Source of the DNA: Eledone cirrhosa
Lineage: Eukaryota
Direction: 5' to 3'
Length of the DNA: 64,000 nt
Assembly (NCBI GenBank): GCA_964016885.1
Contig: OZ024742.1
Location: forward strand, 141,484,001-141,548,000
Position numbers and translations under genes: made by a program. Shown one piece after another: positions 27,900 to 40,900 of this stretch; positions within the stretch are counted from its first letter, which is position 1; every line of letters starts with the position of its first letter. The notes beneath the pieces were generated by a model. It saw only the letters and a program-made list of their open reading frames with translations, had not been told where the DNA came from and did not search any database.

Positions 27900-30800
27900 T
27901 CGTCTACAGCGTGATAGTGCCACGCTAAAATCACCGGGGGTGATCAAATCACTGGGGGGTGATGAAATCACCGGTGGTTATGTAACCATACATTCACCAA
28001 TCCTCGATATGAGCGTTTAAATGTCGAACCTAAACAGTTCGAATAACGGTGAAGTGGAGACTGGAATGACATGTGACAGACTCTCCCCCAGCAGGTGCTC
28101 CCTGGCCCAGCAGCAGGGATCTGGCTGTCATCCAAATACTGCTGGTGTTGGAGGAAGAAGAAGAAGGAAAGGGACCAGAAGCAACTGGAAGAAAGAATTG
28201 AATATAACTGTTATGCAATGTTACCTGAAGAGTAACCCCAAGGAAAAGGGCTATAGGAAACGGTTGCATAACATCTGGAACGAGATTGGTCTATTTAAAT
28301 TAGATGAACAAAAATTGGCCGGGTAGGCTCGGGTAATAAGAACTAATGGGTGGATAAGCGAGCTGGAACTGGAGGAACTCAGCAGAGATATTAGATTGGA
28401 AATGGAGAGTGGAGTATGCCAGGAAAACGAGCCAGTAAGAGATGAAGGTGGAGAAGAGGTTGAGAGAACGGAGGAAGTATCCGAAGCAGACAATGATCTG
28501 AATGCTGAAATAAATAATACCTGGAACAAAGATACGGCCATTGAGGAAATGAATGCTGACGGGCTAGGACAAGATTTTGTTGATATCCTAAACTTAGTGG
28601 TAGATGAAATGAACAATGATAGTGGGAAACCTATGAACCTAAGATTTGTAGACAGGAAAAAGTTAAAAGAAACAACAGCTAAGGTAAACAAAGTCATCCC
28701 ATACCTTGAGGCGAGGACCCTTCACCAGTGCAACAATATCCTCAAAGCAACAGCAAATGCGGTGAGGAAATTACTTGGCATAAAAGCGAGAGGAAACAAC
28801 AAACAAGAAAGATCAGAACCTTGGTGGAAGAAACGACTGAATGGTCAAATCAGGGAAATGAGAAATGACATTGGAAAGCTTGAGTCCTTACTGAATGGGA
28901 CACTACAAAACATAGACACTAAAAATAGACTGGAAATAAAGTACAAAACTAGGAGGAAAAAGTTAAATATTATCATAGAGGCACTGAAGCAACGCATTGT
29001 AGCAAAGAGCGCAAAGATTAGGCGATACGAGAGCAGAGTCAGTCAGTAGAGAGAGAACCGCATGTTTGACAACAACCAGAGGATGTTGTTTGGACAGCTT
29101 GAAGGGAAATAAAGAGGCAACGACTTGATCCCTGAGGCGGAACACACTAAGACATTCTGGAGAGGAATATGGGAGCAGGATGTTGAACATAATAATCAGG
29201 CAGTGTGGATTGAGACAGTACAAAAGGAGATTAGTGAACAGGCACACCAACAAACTGATTTGAGTATCACAGTTGAAACTCTTAAGGGGCAGGCCAGAAA
29301 ACTAACCAACTGGAAATCACCAGGCCCAGATGGTGTGCAGGGGTATTGGATTAAAAATATAACATCCCTCCACCCGAAACTGACAACCATGTTCAATGAC
29401 TGCTTGATGTCAGGTGAGGTACCAGAGTGGTTGACAAAAGGTACCACAGTTCTGGTAATGAAAGACCGAATCAAGGGTAATGATGTTACCAACTATAGAC
29501 CTATCATTGTGTCTGAGGAAATCTACCATCCCCTCTACATAAACAACTTGTTACCGGACGAACAGAAAGGATGCCGAAAGAAGTCCCGTGGTACAAAGGA
29601 CCAGTTACTTATTGATAAGATGGTAATGAGGAATTGCAGGAGGAGACACACTGGTCTTGCCATGGGATGGATAGACTACAAAAAGGCATTCGACATGGTA
29701 CCTCATTCTTGGATAACCAAAAGCCTAGAGATCTTCAAGGTGGCAGATAACATCAGACAGTTGTTGAGCAAAAGTATGAAGTCCTGGGAGGCGTGAGGAT
29801 CAAGAGAGGGATCTTCCAGGAAGATAGTTTGTCCCCTCTGTTGTTTGTCCTTGCCCTGATCCCTCTGACCATTATACTGCGAAAAGTGAGAGCAGGATAC
29901 AAGTTGGGAAAGGGAGAGCTTATCATCAATCACCTCCTCTTCATGGACGATCTTAAGCTCTTCGGGAAGAGTGAGAAGGAGTTGGATGTGCTTGTTGACA
30001 CTGTCCGTATTTTTAGCAATGATATATGTATGCAATTTGGTGTTAGTAAGTGTGGAGTCCTTGTGATGAAGAGGGGTAAATTGAGCAGAAGCAACGGAAT
30101 CCAGGTACCAACAGGTGAGATGATAAAGGAAATTGATACTGAAGAAGGATACAAATATTTAGGCGTACTGGAGGCTGATGACATCAAGAACAAAAAAATG
30201 AAGGAATTGATAAGATCTGAATACATTCGGAGAATAAGGAGCGTATTAAAGTCACATCTGAACAGTAGGAATGCCATAAGTGCAGTAAATTCCCGAGCTG
30301 TGTCTATTATTAGGTACAGTGCGGGAATTCTGAGAATGGAATGTTGCTGAACAAAAAGAAATGGATAGGAAGACTAGGAAGCTATTGACTATCTACAACA
30401 TGTTCCACAAAAGGAGTGATGTCGATAGACTCTACTTAAGGAGATCTGAAGGTGGAAGAGGTCTTATCAGCATAGAGGACTCTGTTCAGATGGAGAAAAA
30501 CAACCTACACAAATATGTGACTGATAGTAGGGAGCCAATGCTCACAATTGTACTGAAGTAGAGGACAATAGACCAGGGGATGTCCAAGGAGGAAATAACA
30601 ACAAGGAGAAAGAGCAACCTTCATGAAAAATCCCTTCATAGTGCCTTCTTTGAGAAAACTGAAGTTAGAGATCCACAGACATGGAACTGGTTGAAAAGAT
30701 GAGACCTTAAAAAGGCTACAGAAGGAATGCTAATGGCTGCGCAAGAGCAGGCCCTGAAAACGAAGTGGCTGAAACACCATATTTACAAGGAGGAGGCTAT

Positions 30801-31478
30801 CCCACTGTGTAGGATCTGTGGAGAGAGAGAGGAGACTGTGGCTCACATTGTATCCGAGTGTAAACACCTATCCCAGACTCACTATAAAGGCTAGAGACAT
30901 GATGTGATGGGCAGAGTGAACCACTGGCACCTATGCAAAGTAAACAAATTACCACATTCTGAGAAGTGGTATGAGCATAAGCCAGAGTCGGTGATGGAAA
31001 ACAATCAGGTGAAGGTGCTGTGGGATTTTAGGATACAGACGGACAAGAAACTGGAACACAATAGACCTGACCTGGTGGTTTTGGACAAGGGAAAAATATC
31101 GTGCCTGATTGTGGATGTAGCCTACCCATTTGACACGAGAGTGCAAGAGAAGGAGAGGGAGAAAATTAACCGATACTAGGACTTAAAGTGGGAGGTAAAA
31201 AGGATTTGGAACTGCCATGAGGTCAAAGTGGTCCCGATTGTCATAGGCGCACTAGGTACTATCTCAAAGAGTTTCCAGGGATGGTTAAAGAAAATTGGTC
31301 CCGCCCCGCTTTTTGGAACACTTCAAAAGGTATGGTTGCTGGCAACAGCAAGAACCCTCCGATACGTCCTGAATATCTGAGGCTGCAGGTAGCGGCTTGA
31401 TATTCATTTCAACAAACTTTCCAGTTAAATAACATCAATGACTGAGACTCAAAGAACAATACTACTAATAATAATAAT
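27900..31478 (+). mobile_element. R4/Dong-like RLE non-LTR retrotransposon, near full length, pseudogenised, ending in (TAA)n
   Basis: Single-ORF remnant 28021..31380: PWWKKRL, SPGPDG, NYRPI, DYKKAFDMVPH, GIFQEDSLSP, LFMDD, YKYLG, DVDRLYL..GGRG, CRICGEREETVAHIVSEC, RHD and RLE motifs RPDLVV...DVAYPFD...EK..RY. Several in-frame stops. Tail CTAATAATAATAA. Confidence 0.92.
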
Positions 31479-31648
31479 TGTTTCTACTTTTGGCACAAGG
31501 CCAGCAATTACCCAGTGCATTACTGGTACTTTATTTTATCGACCCCGTAAGGATGAAAGGTAAAGTTAACCTCGGCGGGATTTGAACTCAGAATGGCAAG
31601 GGCCGTAACTCTATGCGTCAAAGCATGGCGTCCGACCCTCTACCGATA
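31475..31648 (-). mobile_element. SINE family A, tail-to-tail with the Dong 3' end
   Basis: Shared core; shares the TAA repeat with the LINE tail. Confidence 0.88.
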
Positions 31649-31669
31649 AATAATAATAATAATAATAAT

Positions 31670-32070
31670 AATTTATTTTCATTTATCACAAGGGCTAAAA
31701 AAGACGGAACAATACAATAGATAGGGACAATGGAGGTTTACATTGAAATCGAGTAGAAAGAAATTAATAAACAAATAACAATGAACAACAGAATTGCAAC
31801 AATGAAAATTCCCCAATAGGAGGACCACCCAGGGGTGACTTAGCACCCTCACAAATCCTAAACCACCCGACTATCGAAGAGCACCCTAGGAGGGTATCCC
31901 TATCCTCTCTAAATCAGACAGCCTACAGGCGCTTGTTCAGAGTAGACCCATTCACACGGGCAATTCTTGAAACATTCACCCATCTTTTAGCAAATCTACT
32001 GTGGGGCAGCACACCCTCCTTTCCAAGTGAAAGTTGATGAGGGATTGACCGAAGAGAAAGGTGTCTGTCT
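31670..32070 (-). mobile_element. Tx1-like LINE extreme 3' fragment (copy 5)
   Basis: Reverse complement encodes VLPHSRFAKRWVNVSRIARVNGSTL, matching the ORF2 C-terminus of copies 1-3. The 3' UTR ends in an ATT repeat. Confidence 0.75.
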
Positions 32071-32072
32071 TA

Positions 32073-32260
32073 TAATTGTTTCTACTTTAGGCACAAGGCC
32101 AGCAATTACCCAGTGCATTACTGGTACTTTATTTTATCGACCACGTAAGGATGAAAGGCAAAGTCAACCTCGGCGGGATTTGAACTCAGATCGTAAAGGG
32201 ACGTAACTATGCTGGAAAGCATGGCGTCCGACCCTCTACCGATACTACCAATCCACCGCC
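32073..32260 (-). mobile_element. SINE family A
   Basis: Near-identical to 26895..27092. Confidence 0.9.
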
Positions 32261-32379
32261 ATGTCTGTCTTATAATATGTTCTGAAAATTTCCCCAGTTC
32301 TATCAAACTTTCTGAAATACAGCATGTCTGTATGGAATACAAACCTATTATTGTCACACAGTGATGGAATTGTAATTTC

Positions 32380-34122
32380 CAGCAGCATAAGTATTAACTG
32401 TGGTATTTCTAAAGGCGATACGGTTTCTCCTCTGATATTTTACATTGAACTCACATCGCTGTCTTAAGCGCTCAACAAAACAAAATATGGCTACAAAATA
32501 GACAGCAAAACAATAAATCACTTGAAACTTTAGGCCAAATAGGACAACGAATTGGAAGGACTGTAGAAGACAGTCAAGGTGTTTAGTGATGATGTGGTGA
32601 TGGAGTTTGGAGTGCAAAAATGCTCCAAAGCAACATTCAAGAAAGGCAGAATGACAAGCACAAATTCAATGGAAATAGATGTGAATACAGTAATTAGGGA
32701 ACTAGAACAGGAACACGTCTACAGATATCGAGAGATCAATGAAGGTCAAGGTATTCACCACACCAGCATAAAAGAGAGAATCGGGAAAGAATACTACCGG
32801 AGATTACATGCTGTTTAGAAAACTGAGCTTAACTCGAGAAATAAATTATCTGCCATAAATGTGGTCGTAATCGCAGTTGTCACGTACAGTTTCAATATAA
32901 ATTGGAACGCTAACGGAATTAAGAGAATGGACACCACCATCAGGAAACTTTTAACCTGTAATAGATCCCCCCCCCCCACCCAAAAGCAGATGTGGATCGC
33001 CTTTATCTCCCCAGACAAAATGAAGGTAGTGGAATGATGCAGCTAGAGCTTTCAAACAGAATCTCGGCCATTGGACTCAATCAGTACTTTAAAACCACAG
33101 ATGACTGGAAGATGAAAATGGTCGCAGCCCCCGAAAGGAAGAAGAGGTTACATTCAGTCACAAAGGAAAATAGGAAGTTTGCAGAAGAATTGGGAATGCA
33201 AGAAAATGATGGCGATTCTGTAATTGAATCCGCAAAGAATATCAAAGCGAAGGCCAACATAGAAGGTGGAATAAACGGGAGCAAAAACCATTGTATGGGC
33301 AGTAAGTTCCCGTAGAAAATAACCTGATGTAGATCAAACCTTTACCCATCAGTGGCTGCGGTGTTCTGAGCTAAAGACAGCGAGTGAGGGCTTATTTTTA
33401 GCTGCACAAGACCAGTGTCTTCCAATGTGCAACCTTCAATCCAATGTGATCAGAAACGGAATTGACCCAAAGTGTCGTTTATGTGATGACCATTGTTCAC
33501 TTGGTTTCAGGCTGCAAAGTATTAGCTCGCCAGGAATAAAAACGACATGATAGAGTGGGGCAATACTTAAACTTGTTAATGTGCAAGTTTCATAGTCTGA
33601 AAACGGTAGGAAAATAGTACAACCATTACTCAGATGCAGTAAAATGCAAGAATGTGACAATCATTTGGCATTTCTCTATAAATACTGACAGAACAATCAA
33701 GGTCAACAGACTCGATATAATTGTGAATGGCAATACAGGGAAAACATGTTTCTTAATTGACATGAGCATTCCATCAGATTGTAACATCTCAGCGAAAGAT
33801 TTGGGAAAGCTCAGTAAGTATAAAGTTCTATCGATTGAAATTGCGAAAATGTGGCATCTTAAGGCCTGTACAATACCAGTGATAGCAGGTGCACTTGGAG
33901 TGATAATAAACGATACTGAAAAATATCTGAACCGGATACCTGGAAAGCCACCTCTGCAAGAGATACAGAAAATAGTGCTGACTGGCACTGTCCATGTCCT
34001 GAGAAGGGTATTATCAATTTAAAAAACCTTGCAAAGGCACTTCAGGTGTCAGGTTAACATTCGGCATGGTTTAGGAAAGAAGCAGAATTCAAAGGAAGTC
34101 TCAAATAAAAATAATAATAATA
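32380..34122 (+). mobile_element. R4/Dong-like RLE element, 5'-truncated, degenerate, with (TAA)n tail
   Basis: FSDDVVMEFGVQKC, DRLYLPRQNEG, ILAAQDQ, RHD, NRLDIIV...LIDMSIP...KLSKY, PVIAGALG; tail AATAATAATAA. Confidence 0.88.
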
Positions 34123-35710
34123 AACAATAATGACCGATTATCAACACTGATTAATCAGCAAAAAAGCTGATACCGATTAATCAACAAAAATAGCCAATAT
34201 GGCTAATACCGATTATCTGCCGATTAATTGGTGCAACCCTAATCCGTAGATATATGAAAATACGCATCTATCTATCTGTATATCTTTTTACTATTTCTGT
34301 ATTTACTTGTGCTCGTGAATTGTTTCGACCTAGTCATATTCCCAGAAATACTGAACCAGAAAATTCTATTGTGCTTTGTATTTATTTTACTTTCTGTATT
34401 TCCATTTTAATACAAAATATTAGTGTTTGTGTTATTGCTGATGTGGATGTTGTTTAGCCCAAGATAAGCTTTCATTGAGCAAACTTATGATTAAAAGCAT
34501 TTCAACCATGTCTTTCGGCGTCCCAAAATACAAGTTCTAGTCTAAGGATATGGATTAGCAGAATTGTTAGTACATCGGATGAGTCACCTTATGCTACTTC
34601 TTCCGGCTAGTTGCAATATGAGTACTTGCGTGGTAGATTTAAACCGTCACCCGGTTGAACACAAATAGCTGGTCATTGGGCGATTTTAACTGAGTTCATT
34701 CTTTTACGAGAATTCGGGCCAAGTTTCCCGTTTGAGCATAATTTCCTTCCTTCCTCTTATCAGTCCTCGAAAGCCTTAAAGAAAAAAAAAAAAAATAAAG
34801 GGCCCCGAAAGGAAAAGGAGATTACATTCAGTCACAAAGGAAAGCAGGAAGTTGGCAGAAGAATTGGGAATAGAGTTTAAAAATGATGGCGATTGCCATT
34901 TTTTCTTTCTGATTCAGCAGTAAAAAACTAATTTACGAAAGACCGGTGTTTACCACTCAGCATCAGTCTTATTAATAGCGTCACATAGGGTGGTGGGTGG
35001 AAGTATCGTTAGTGGATCGGAGGAGACTGCTGAATATTAATATGCTAGCGTTGGTGTTCCTGTTTATGAAGACGAAGATATTTCAGCGCTTGTCATTTTC
35101 AAACTGTAGTCATTTTTCTAACAGCAATATACTTCAACCGCCTACACAACTGCCTGAGGAATTCTATTATAAATGGTAATTGCAAATTTTTTAATAGCTA
35201 TGGTGTTCTAAAATGTGCTAGGAAAAAAAATGTCTAAAAAACCTGACGGCCCAGTTGAGGTTGGCTGGTCACATGAGATGGCTTTTGAATGATATTCAAC
35301 ATTTCTAATATCCGAAGAAACTGAACTGTCAAACTTTGTGAAGAGAAGTGAGATGGGACAGTGTTTGTGAAGAAAGGTCTTGTCTATACATAATTATATA
35401 TATTTGTTGTTTCTGAAGGCGTAATGTATGCACACGCATTTATGAATAATAATTACAAGCTTACACATACACACCCAATACACACATATATACACACTAA
35501 ATCGCACACATGTGTGTGAGTATGTGTGTTTGTTTGTGTGTGTGAGTGCGTGCGCGCACTGGATTACAAATTTGTATTTACAACATACGATTTTTGTAAA
35601 TTCATTGCGTGAGTAGATAGCAACCAAGCTTGACGGATTGCAAAGGTATAGCTTCGTTAAACTTAATTGTTCTCTCTCTCTAGGAGACAGGACCCATGTA
35701 CTAGTTTCAC

Positions 35711-36216
35711 TTAAGTAAGTGCCGTACTAAGAGTGAGAAATGAAATTTCGTTTCATTCTATTCCATTTATCGTTTTCAGTGCGCCCAGCCGATATGCAAA
35801 CTCACTCGATATGCAAATTGGGCTGCTCAGCCGTTAATATGCATAAGGAAAGTATATACTTTCAGACGTTCAACCATCTGGCAGGAAGGTATACGATGCT
35901 GACGATAGCTAATAAGCTTGAAACTAGTACATCGTTCCTGTGTCAGTGTTGAACAAAAAGGTGACGTGGTTGCCTAAACACTGTACGGCGTAATTCGGGC
36001 TGTTTGTTTGTTTACTAAACAAACAAACCGAGCATTATAATAAATGTTCGGTAAACTGATACGTGCATATATATATATATGTGTGCATGTATGTATATAT
36101 ATACATACTACTGTACGTCTGTATACATATATGTATGTACGTATACATACTTACCTTTAAGTAACTGCCGTACTAAGAGTGAGAAATGAGATTTCGTTTC
36201 ATTCTATTCCATTTAT
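35711..36216 (+). mobile_element. HHR-bearing retrozyme-like monomer, 446 nt period with 60 bp terminal redundancy
   Basis: TTAAGTAA.TGCCGTACTAAGAGTGAGAAATGA.ATTTCGTTTCATTCTATTCCATTTAT at 35711..35770 and 36157..36216; homologous to 12655..13096. Confidence 0.82.
35893..35935 (+). ncRNA. Minimal type I hammerhead ribozyme
   Basis: ACGATG-CTGACGA-TAGCTAATAAGCTT-GAAA-CTAG-TA-CATCGT; GUA cleavage triplet; palindromic helix III. Confidence 0.83.
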
Positions 36217-36240
36217 ATATATATATATATATATATATAT

Positions 36241-36458
36241 CGACAGTCGATCGATTTTCGTCAAATCGGATCGAGGAAACAATGTTTCCGTTGGTCTCTC
36301 CAATTGCTAATACTATCTATCTGTCGCAACTCCAGGTAGACGGAGCAACGCGAAATAAAGTGTCTTGCTCAAGGACATAACGCATCGCGCCGTCCAGGAA
36401 TCGAACTCACAACCTCACGATTGCGAATCCAATTCTCTTACCACTCAGCCACACGCAT
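36241..36458 (-). mobile_element. tRNA-derived SINE, family B
   Basis: Reverse complement TGGCTGAGTGG...GAGTTCGATTCC...GTCCTTGAGCAAGACACTT...GACTGTCGA. Confidence 0.85.
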
Positions 36459-36694
36459 TAACACAAGTACAGAGTTATTCTCGCGATATTCTCATGTTTC
36501 TAAGTAGCTTTTAAGGAACTGGTCTCTTTAATATTGATTTATATCTTTCTTAATCAATCGATCTCTTTCGAATCCCCTCATAATTATTAACGTTTTTCTT
36601 TTGTCAAATTGTCTCCTCTAAACCATTTAGATTATCTGCTCTTGGTTTTGGGGCTCTTCTCTATTTCACTGTTCTGTTTTTCTCTTTTGAGCAA

Positions 36695-37300
36695 ATCAAG
36701 GAATAGCATAGAAAGGACTAAGAAAAAGATAGGGAAGTCCATCTCATGGTATGACAGCCAAAAATACCATTGTCATGATCGTTGATGCTACCTCTAGAAA
36801 CGAAATGGCGTATCGCTTTAGAAGAGCTTTAAAAAAAATTAACCTTGGGATTAAAGTAGTGAAAATACCAGAAGCTACCATAAAACCCTGGATCAGTAGG
36901 ACATACCCTTTTAGGAAAACCCCCTTTACTGATAGAAACTGTATAGTCTGTAAGATAAACCCACAGGTAAATTGTAAAACTAGAAATGTAGTCTATAGGA
37001 TAAGATGTAAAGAGGGACGATGCAGAAACAAAACAACAACATACATAGGAGAGACAGAACGTAGTATAGGAGAGAGATTAAAATAACACTGGCGAGAACT
37101 TAAGGAGGAGAAAAGCTCATCAGCGCTATACAAACATGCCAAACGTGAATACGAGGGCTCAATAGATAGCATAAATAAAGATCTTATCCACACATAGAAC
37201 CGACGCAACTCAGACAGATTACGGAGACTATTCACATAACATAAATAGTCTTAGCCTGAACAGAAAACACGAGTGGAATAGTAACAACCCGCATCTTAAT
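36695..37300 (+). mobile_element. Penelope-like element fragment (linker plus GIY-YIG endonuclease), disrupted
   Basis: CIVC...NCKTRNVVYRIRC...C....YIGETERSIGERLK*H...SALYKH is the PLE GIY-YIG pattern. Confidence 0.85.
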
Positions 37301-37432
37301 GACTGAAGACAAAATAAAGACAAAAACAAAAACACGACACAAACAGCAAAACAGCAAATGATACAAACCATCCCCAAATATAACAATATCGGTTTCAACA
37401 CTCGATTTCACATCAAGAATCGTCCAGAACAA

Positions 37433-37615
<183 letters not shown>

Positions 37616-37629
37616 TATATATATTGGAC

Positions 37630-37800
37630 GAGATGACAGTCAGTTGCAGAAATAACCCTCGGTTACCGATGTTACACATTTTTAACTGAGTGAACTAGAG
37701 CAATGTTAAATAAGTGCCTTGTTCAAGGATGCAACTGGCCACTCAAATCCATGTCTTTATGATCGTGAGTCCAACATTCTAGCCATTAGTCTATGCACCG
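37630..37800 (-). mobile_element. Diverged family B SINE
   Basis: AAGTGCCTTGTTCAAGGA core and tRNA-like head on the minus strand. Confidence 0.6.
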
Positions 37801-38008
37801 TTAGGCCAAACAAATACGACTGCAAAAGTACTGACAAGAAATAAATGAAAACTGAATGTTAACAGTATACATATGTGAGTTTTAACTGCAATATAAAGAA
37901 ATAGAGTAGTATCTTTTTAGATAATCATGTAAATTTGTATTTCTACGGGTTTTTATAAGGTATAATTTACCAACCAAAGTTATAGAAACCTACGCACACG
38001 ATATGAAT

Positions 38009-38053
<45 letters not shown>

Positions 38054-38833
38054 CTCACACACATACATACACACATATACACATACACACACACACATAT
38101 ATATGTATATGTGTATGTGTCTGTGTGTGCAAATATATAATTATATATCATTTCCTTTTGTGGTTTATTGCCAATTCCTCGTTTCAATCTGTGTTTAAAC
38201 CTAAATGAGAGAGAGACAGTTTTCAATTATGTTAGAATTAACGAGCTTTTAACAATAAACTTAATCTCAATTTTCAAAACCTAGATCCTGTGTCAGCTCT
38301 TTAACTTGGCCTTTTCAAGCCAACAATTTCCATCATAGAGACATTAAACATTATTCATACGCTACAAACGTACAACATGTGTTGCATTATGAGTATTCTC
38401 GCGCCGCCGTAGATTGTTGGTAAGTAAACGTCTCACATATCTAGCCAGCGATTTAAGTTCGATTCTAAGTTGTACCACTTTGTCTCATACGTGTCTCACA
38501 TTTTTGTATATATAATTTTCGATGGGAGTCAGTAGACTGTTAGTATGATGAGCTCTACGTGGTAAACATTTACCTACCATACTCTACGAGGGACACTATA
38601 TGTAACCAAATCCACCTCGAAACCCAGCCAATCATTTTAAACCAATAATGGACAGAATCTCAACCTTAAACTGGATGTAGTGTCTTTTTCTCTCCTTTAG
38701 ACCGACCCGTGCAATGCCGCACATCGGCCCGTCGTTGGCCCGTTTCAGTGACATATAAGCTTTGCTATGGGAAATGCCACCAACCCTTCGCTTAACACTT
38801 CTCCTTTAACCTTCTTACATCAGAACATACCTA

Positions 38834-38899
<66 letters not shown>

Positions 38900-38900
<1 letters not shown>

Positions 38901-40862
38901 ACTATGTAATTCAATTCTCTCCTCTGTGTTCGATCCCTCAGCCTGTAGCTACCCGGCTGCTGGAAACAACGCATCGCTCCCGCAGCGCAAAGCCTACAGA
39001 GACAGGATTAGTGAATTAGTTAAGCGGTAGTTGACGGGGGAAGTCGTCAACAACAAATGGTGGTTTAGAATAGAATCCATTAGGTCCAGTAAGGCTGCAG
39101 CGATAGAGTAAAAAAGGGGAAGAGAGAGAACCAGTTAGAAAGTTTGTTGAGGCGCTTATTAAATGCATTGCAACCGACCTGTTTCCGACGGGATTTGCCC
39201 TCGAAGAATTCTTCAATTCTAAGCACGAAGTCTGCGTTGTCAGAGTTAGGGTGCGTGCTCTTAGAAATGAAGGGTCGAGTGGTGGTGCTCTTAAACATGA
39301 AGTGCTCAAGTGGCGGTGGTGCAATGTGACGACAAAGCCACAATCCAGTCTCTGGCGTACCATGACGGGAGCATGTTACTTGATCCCAAGCACATGTGTC
39401 CGGCCTTTCAGCAGCACATTTCTCAACTGATCGGAAGCAGTGGCGGGCTGAATCACGAGATAGACTTCAGTACCTACCTCAATGGCCTGCCGCGGATCTC
39501 GACGACCTGTCGTGGGAAGAGTCCTACGAAAGGCCGATAACATCCGCTGAAATATGGGATGCAATGACTAACTGCACAAGGGCTAAATTGCCTCATTTGG
39601 ATGGTCTGCCAGACTTGTTCGGCGACCTTTTGGCAGCTGAAAGGGAGAATTCGCAGTTCTGTGTGCCGAGATGCGGTGACGCTCCCGAGAAAGGATCCAA
39701 TCAAGGGCGACTACATAGAAAATGTCAGGCCCATAACTGCTAAACACATAGTCCAAAATGTTGGCCAAGGTGTTAGCGACGAGGCTGGTGCTTGTCGTCG
39801 GGAGTCTAGTGGAAGAGGCACAGACATGCGTTTTTCTGGACAGATCCATCCACGAGAAACTTCACCTCATGGAGAAGGTGGATAAGGAACGTGGCACTGG
39901 TGGAGCCCTGATCAATTTAGATCAACTGAAAGCATTTGATAGGGTCAACCATTGATATCTGGCGGCCTCAGAGCAGCCGATTTTGGACGCGTTTTCAGAG
40001 GGTGGATCGCTGAAGTGCACAGCAACATCTGCTCTGTGGTGTGAGTGAACGGTCACCTTTCGGAACCGATCAGCATCTTGTGGTCGGTTCGCCAAAGTAG
40101 TCTCCTTTCGTCCCTGTTGTAAGTATTGACTCTAGAGCCATTATTACACAAACTGGAGATGTTGAGGGGCATCCTACGCGAACTAAGATGCGGGAGAACT
40201 CTGTCAGCTTATGCTGACGGCGTCACCTTAATGGTGTCGAGCGCCAAACACATGCGGCTCGGCACATGAAAAGGCAGGTCCATGCCCTCGAACAGCGTCG
40301 TCGGGCGCTGGGCGGATGGCCCGGTTAAATTGCTCGGGATCTGGTTTGGTTCGGACCTCCAGACGGTCAAAAATTGGGGTAAGGTGACAAGTATGGTGGC
40401 CGAGAGAATACTATCCCTGAAAGGTCGAGTGGAACTGGCGAATTCGTACATCGCGTCAGTCATCTACTTCCCCCTGAGCGTTGTGCCTTGTCCAAAGCCT
40501 AGTTTGACTGGACCAGAGCGTTTGCTCTTTCGCTGTTTTGTGGAAAGGACGCGCTCCGATGGTCAGGCGGTCCATCTGCTGTCAACACCCGCTGCATGGA
40601 GGACTGGGCATGCCGTGGCTGATGATGTGCAGACATACGCTAAGCCTACGATATCGCCCTACTGCTCTTCCTTAGCCAGGAAAGGAAGACTGTATTTCTC
40701 TGTCTTGTGGCCATGGCGAAAGAGGTCGTATGGTGGACGCGTCTGAAAGGGCTGAAGACAGGCACTTCTCTCTTCAGCGACTCTCTGATTAACTTCTTCA
40801 GGTTTCACTTGAAGAGGAAAATCAGGGTGGAAAAGGAAGTGCTGCCTTCAAAGCAATTTCTT

Positions 40863-40900
<38 letters not shown>

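Larger units (their letters stand above)
25952..34241. mobile_element. hAT-like non-autonomous DNA transposon shell with nested retroelements
   Basis: Left end CAAGGATGCACCGAT; right end reverse complement TAGGGTTGCACCAAT. Subterminal CCGAT/ATCGG repeats. Flanks ATTTGTAG (25944..25951) and ATCCGTAG (34242..34249) match at 6 of 8 positions, consistent with an 8 bp TSD. Confidence 0.7.
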
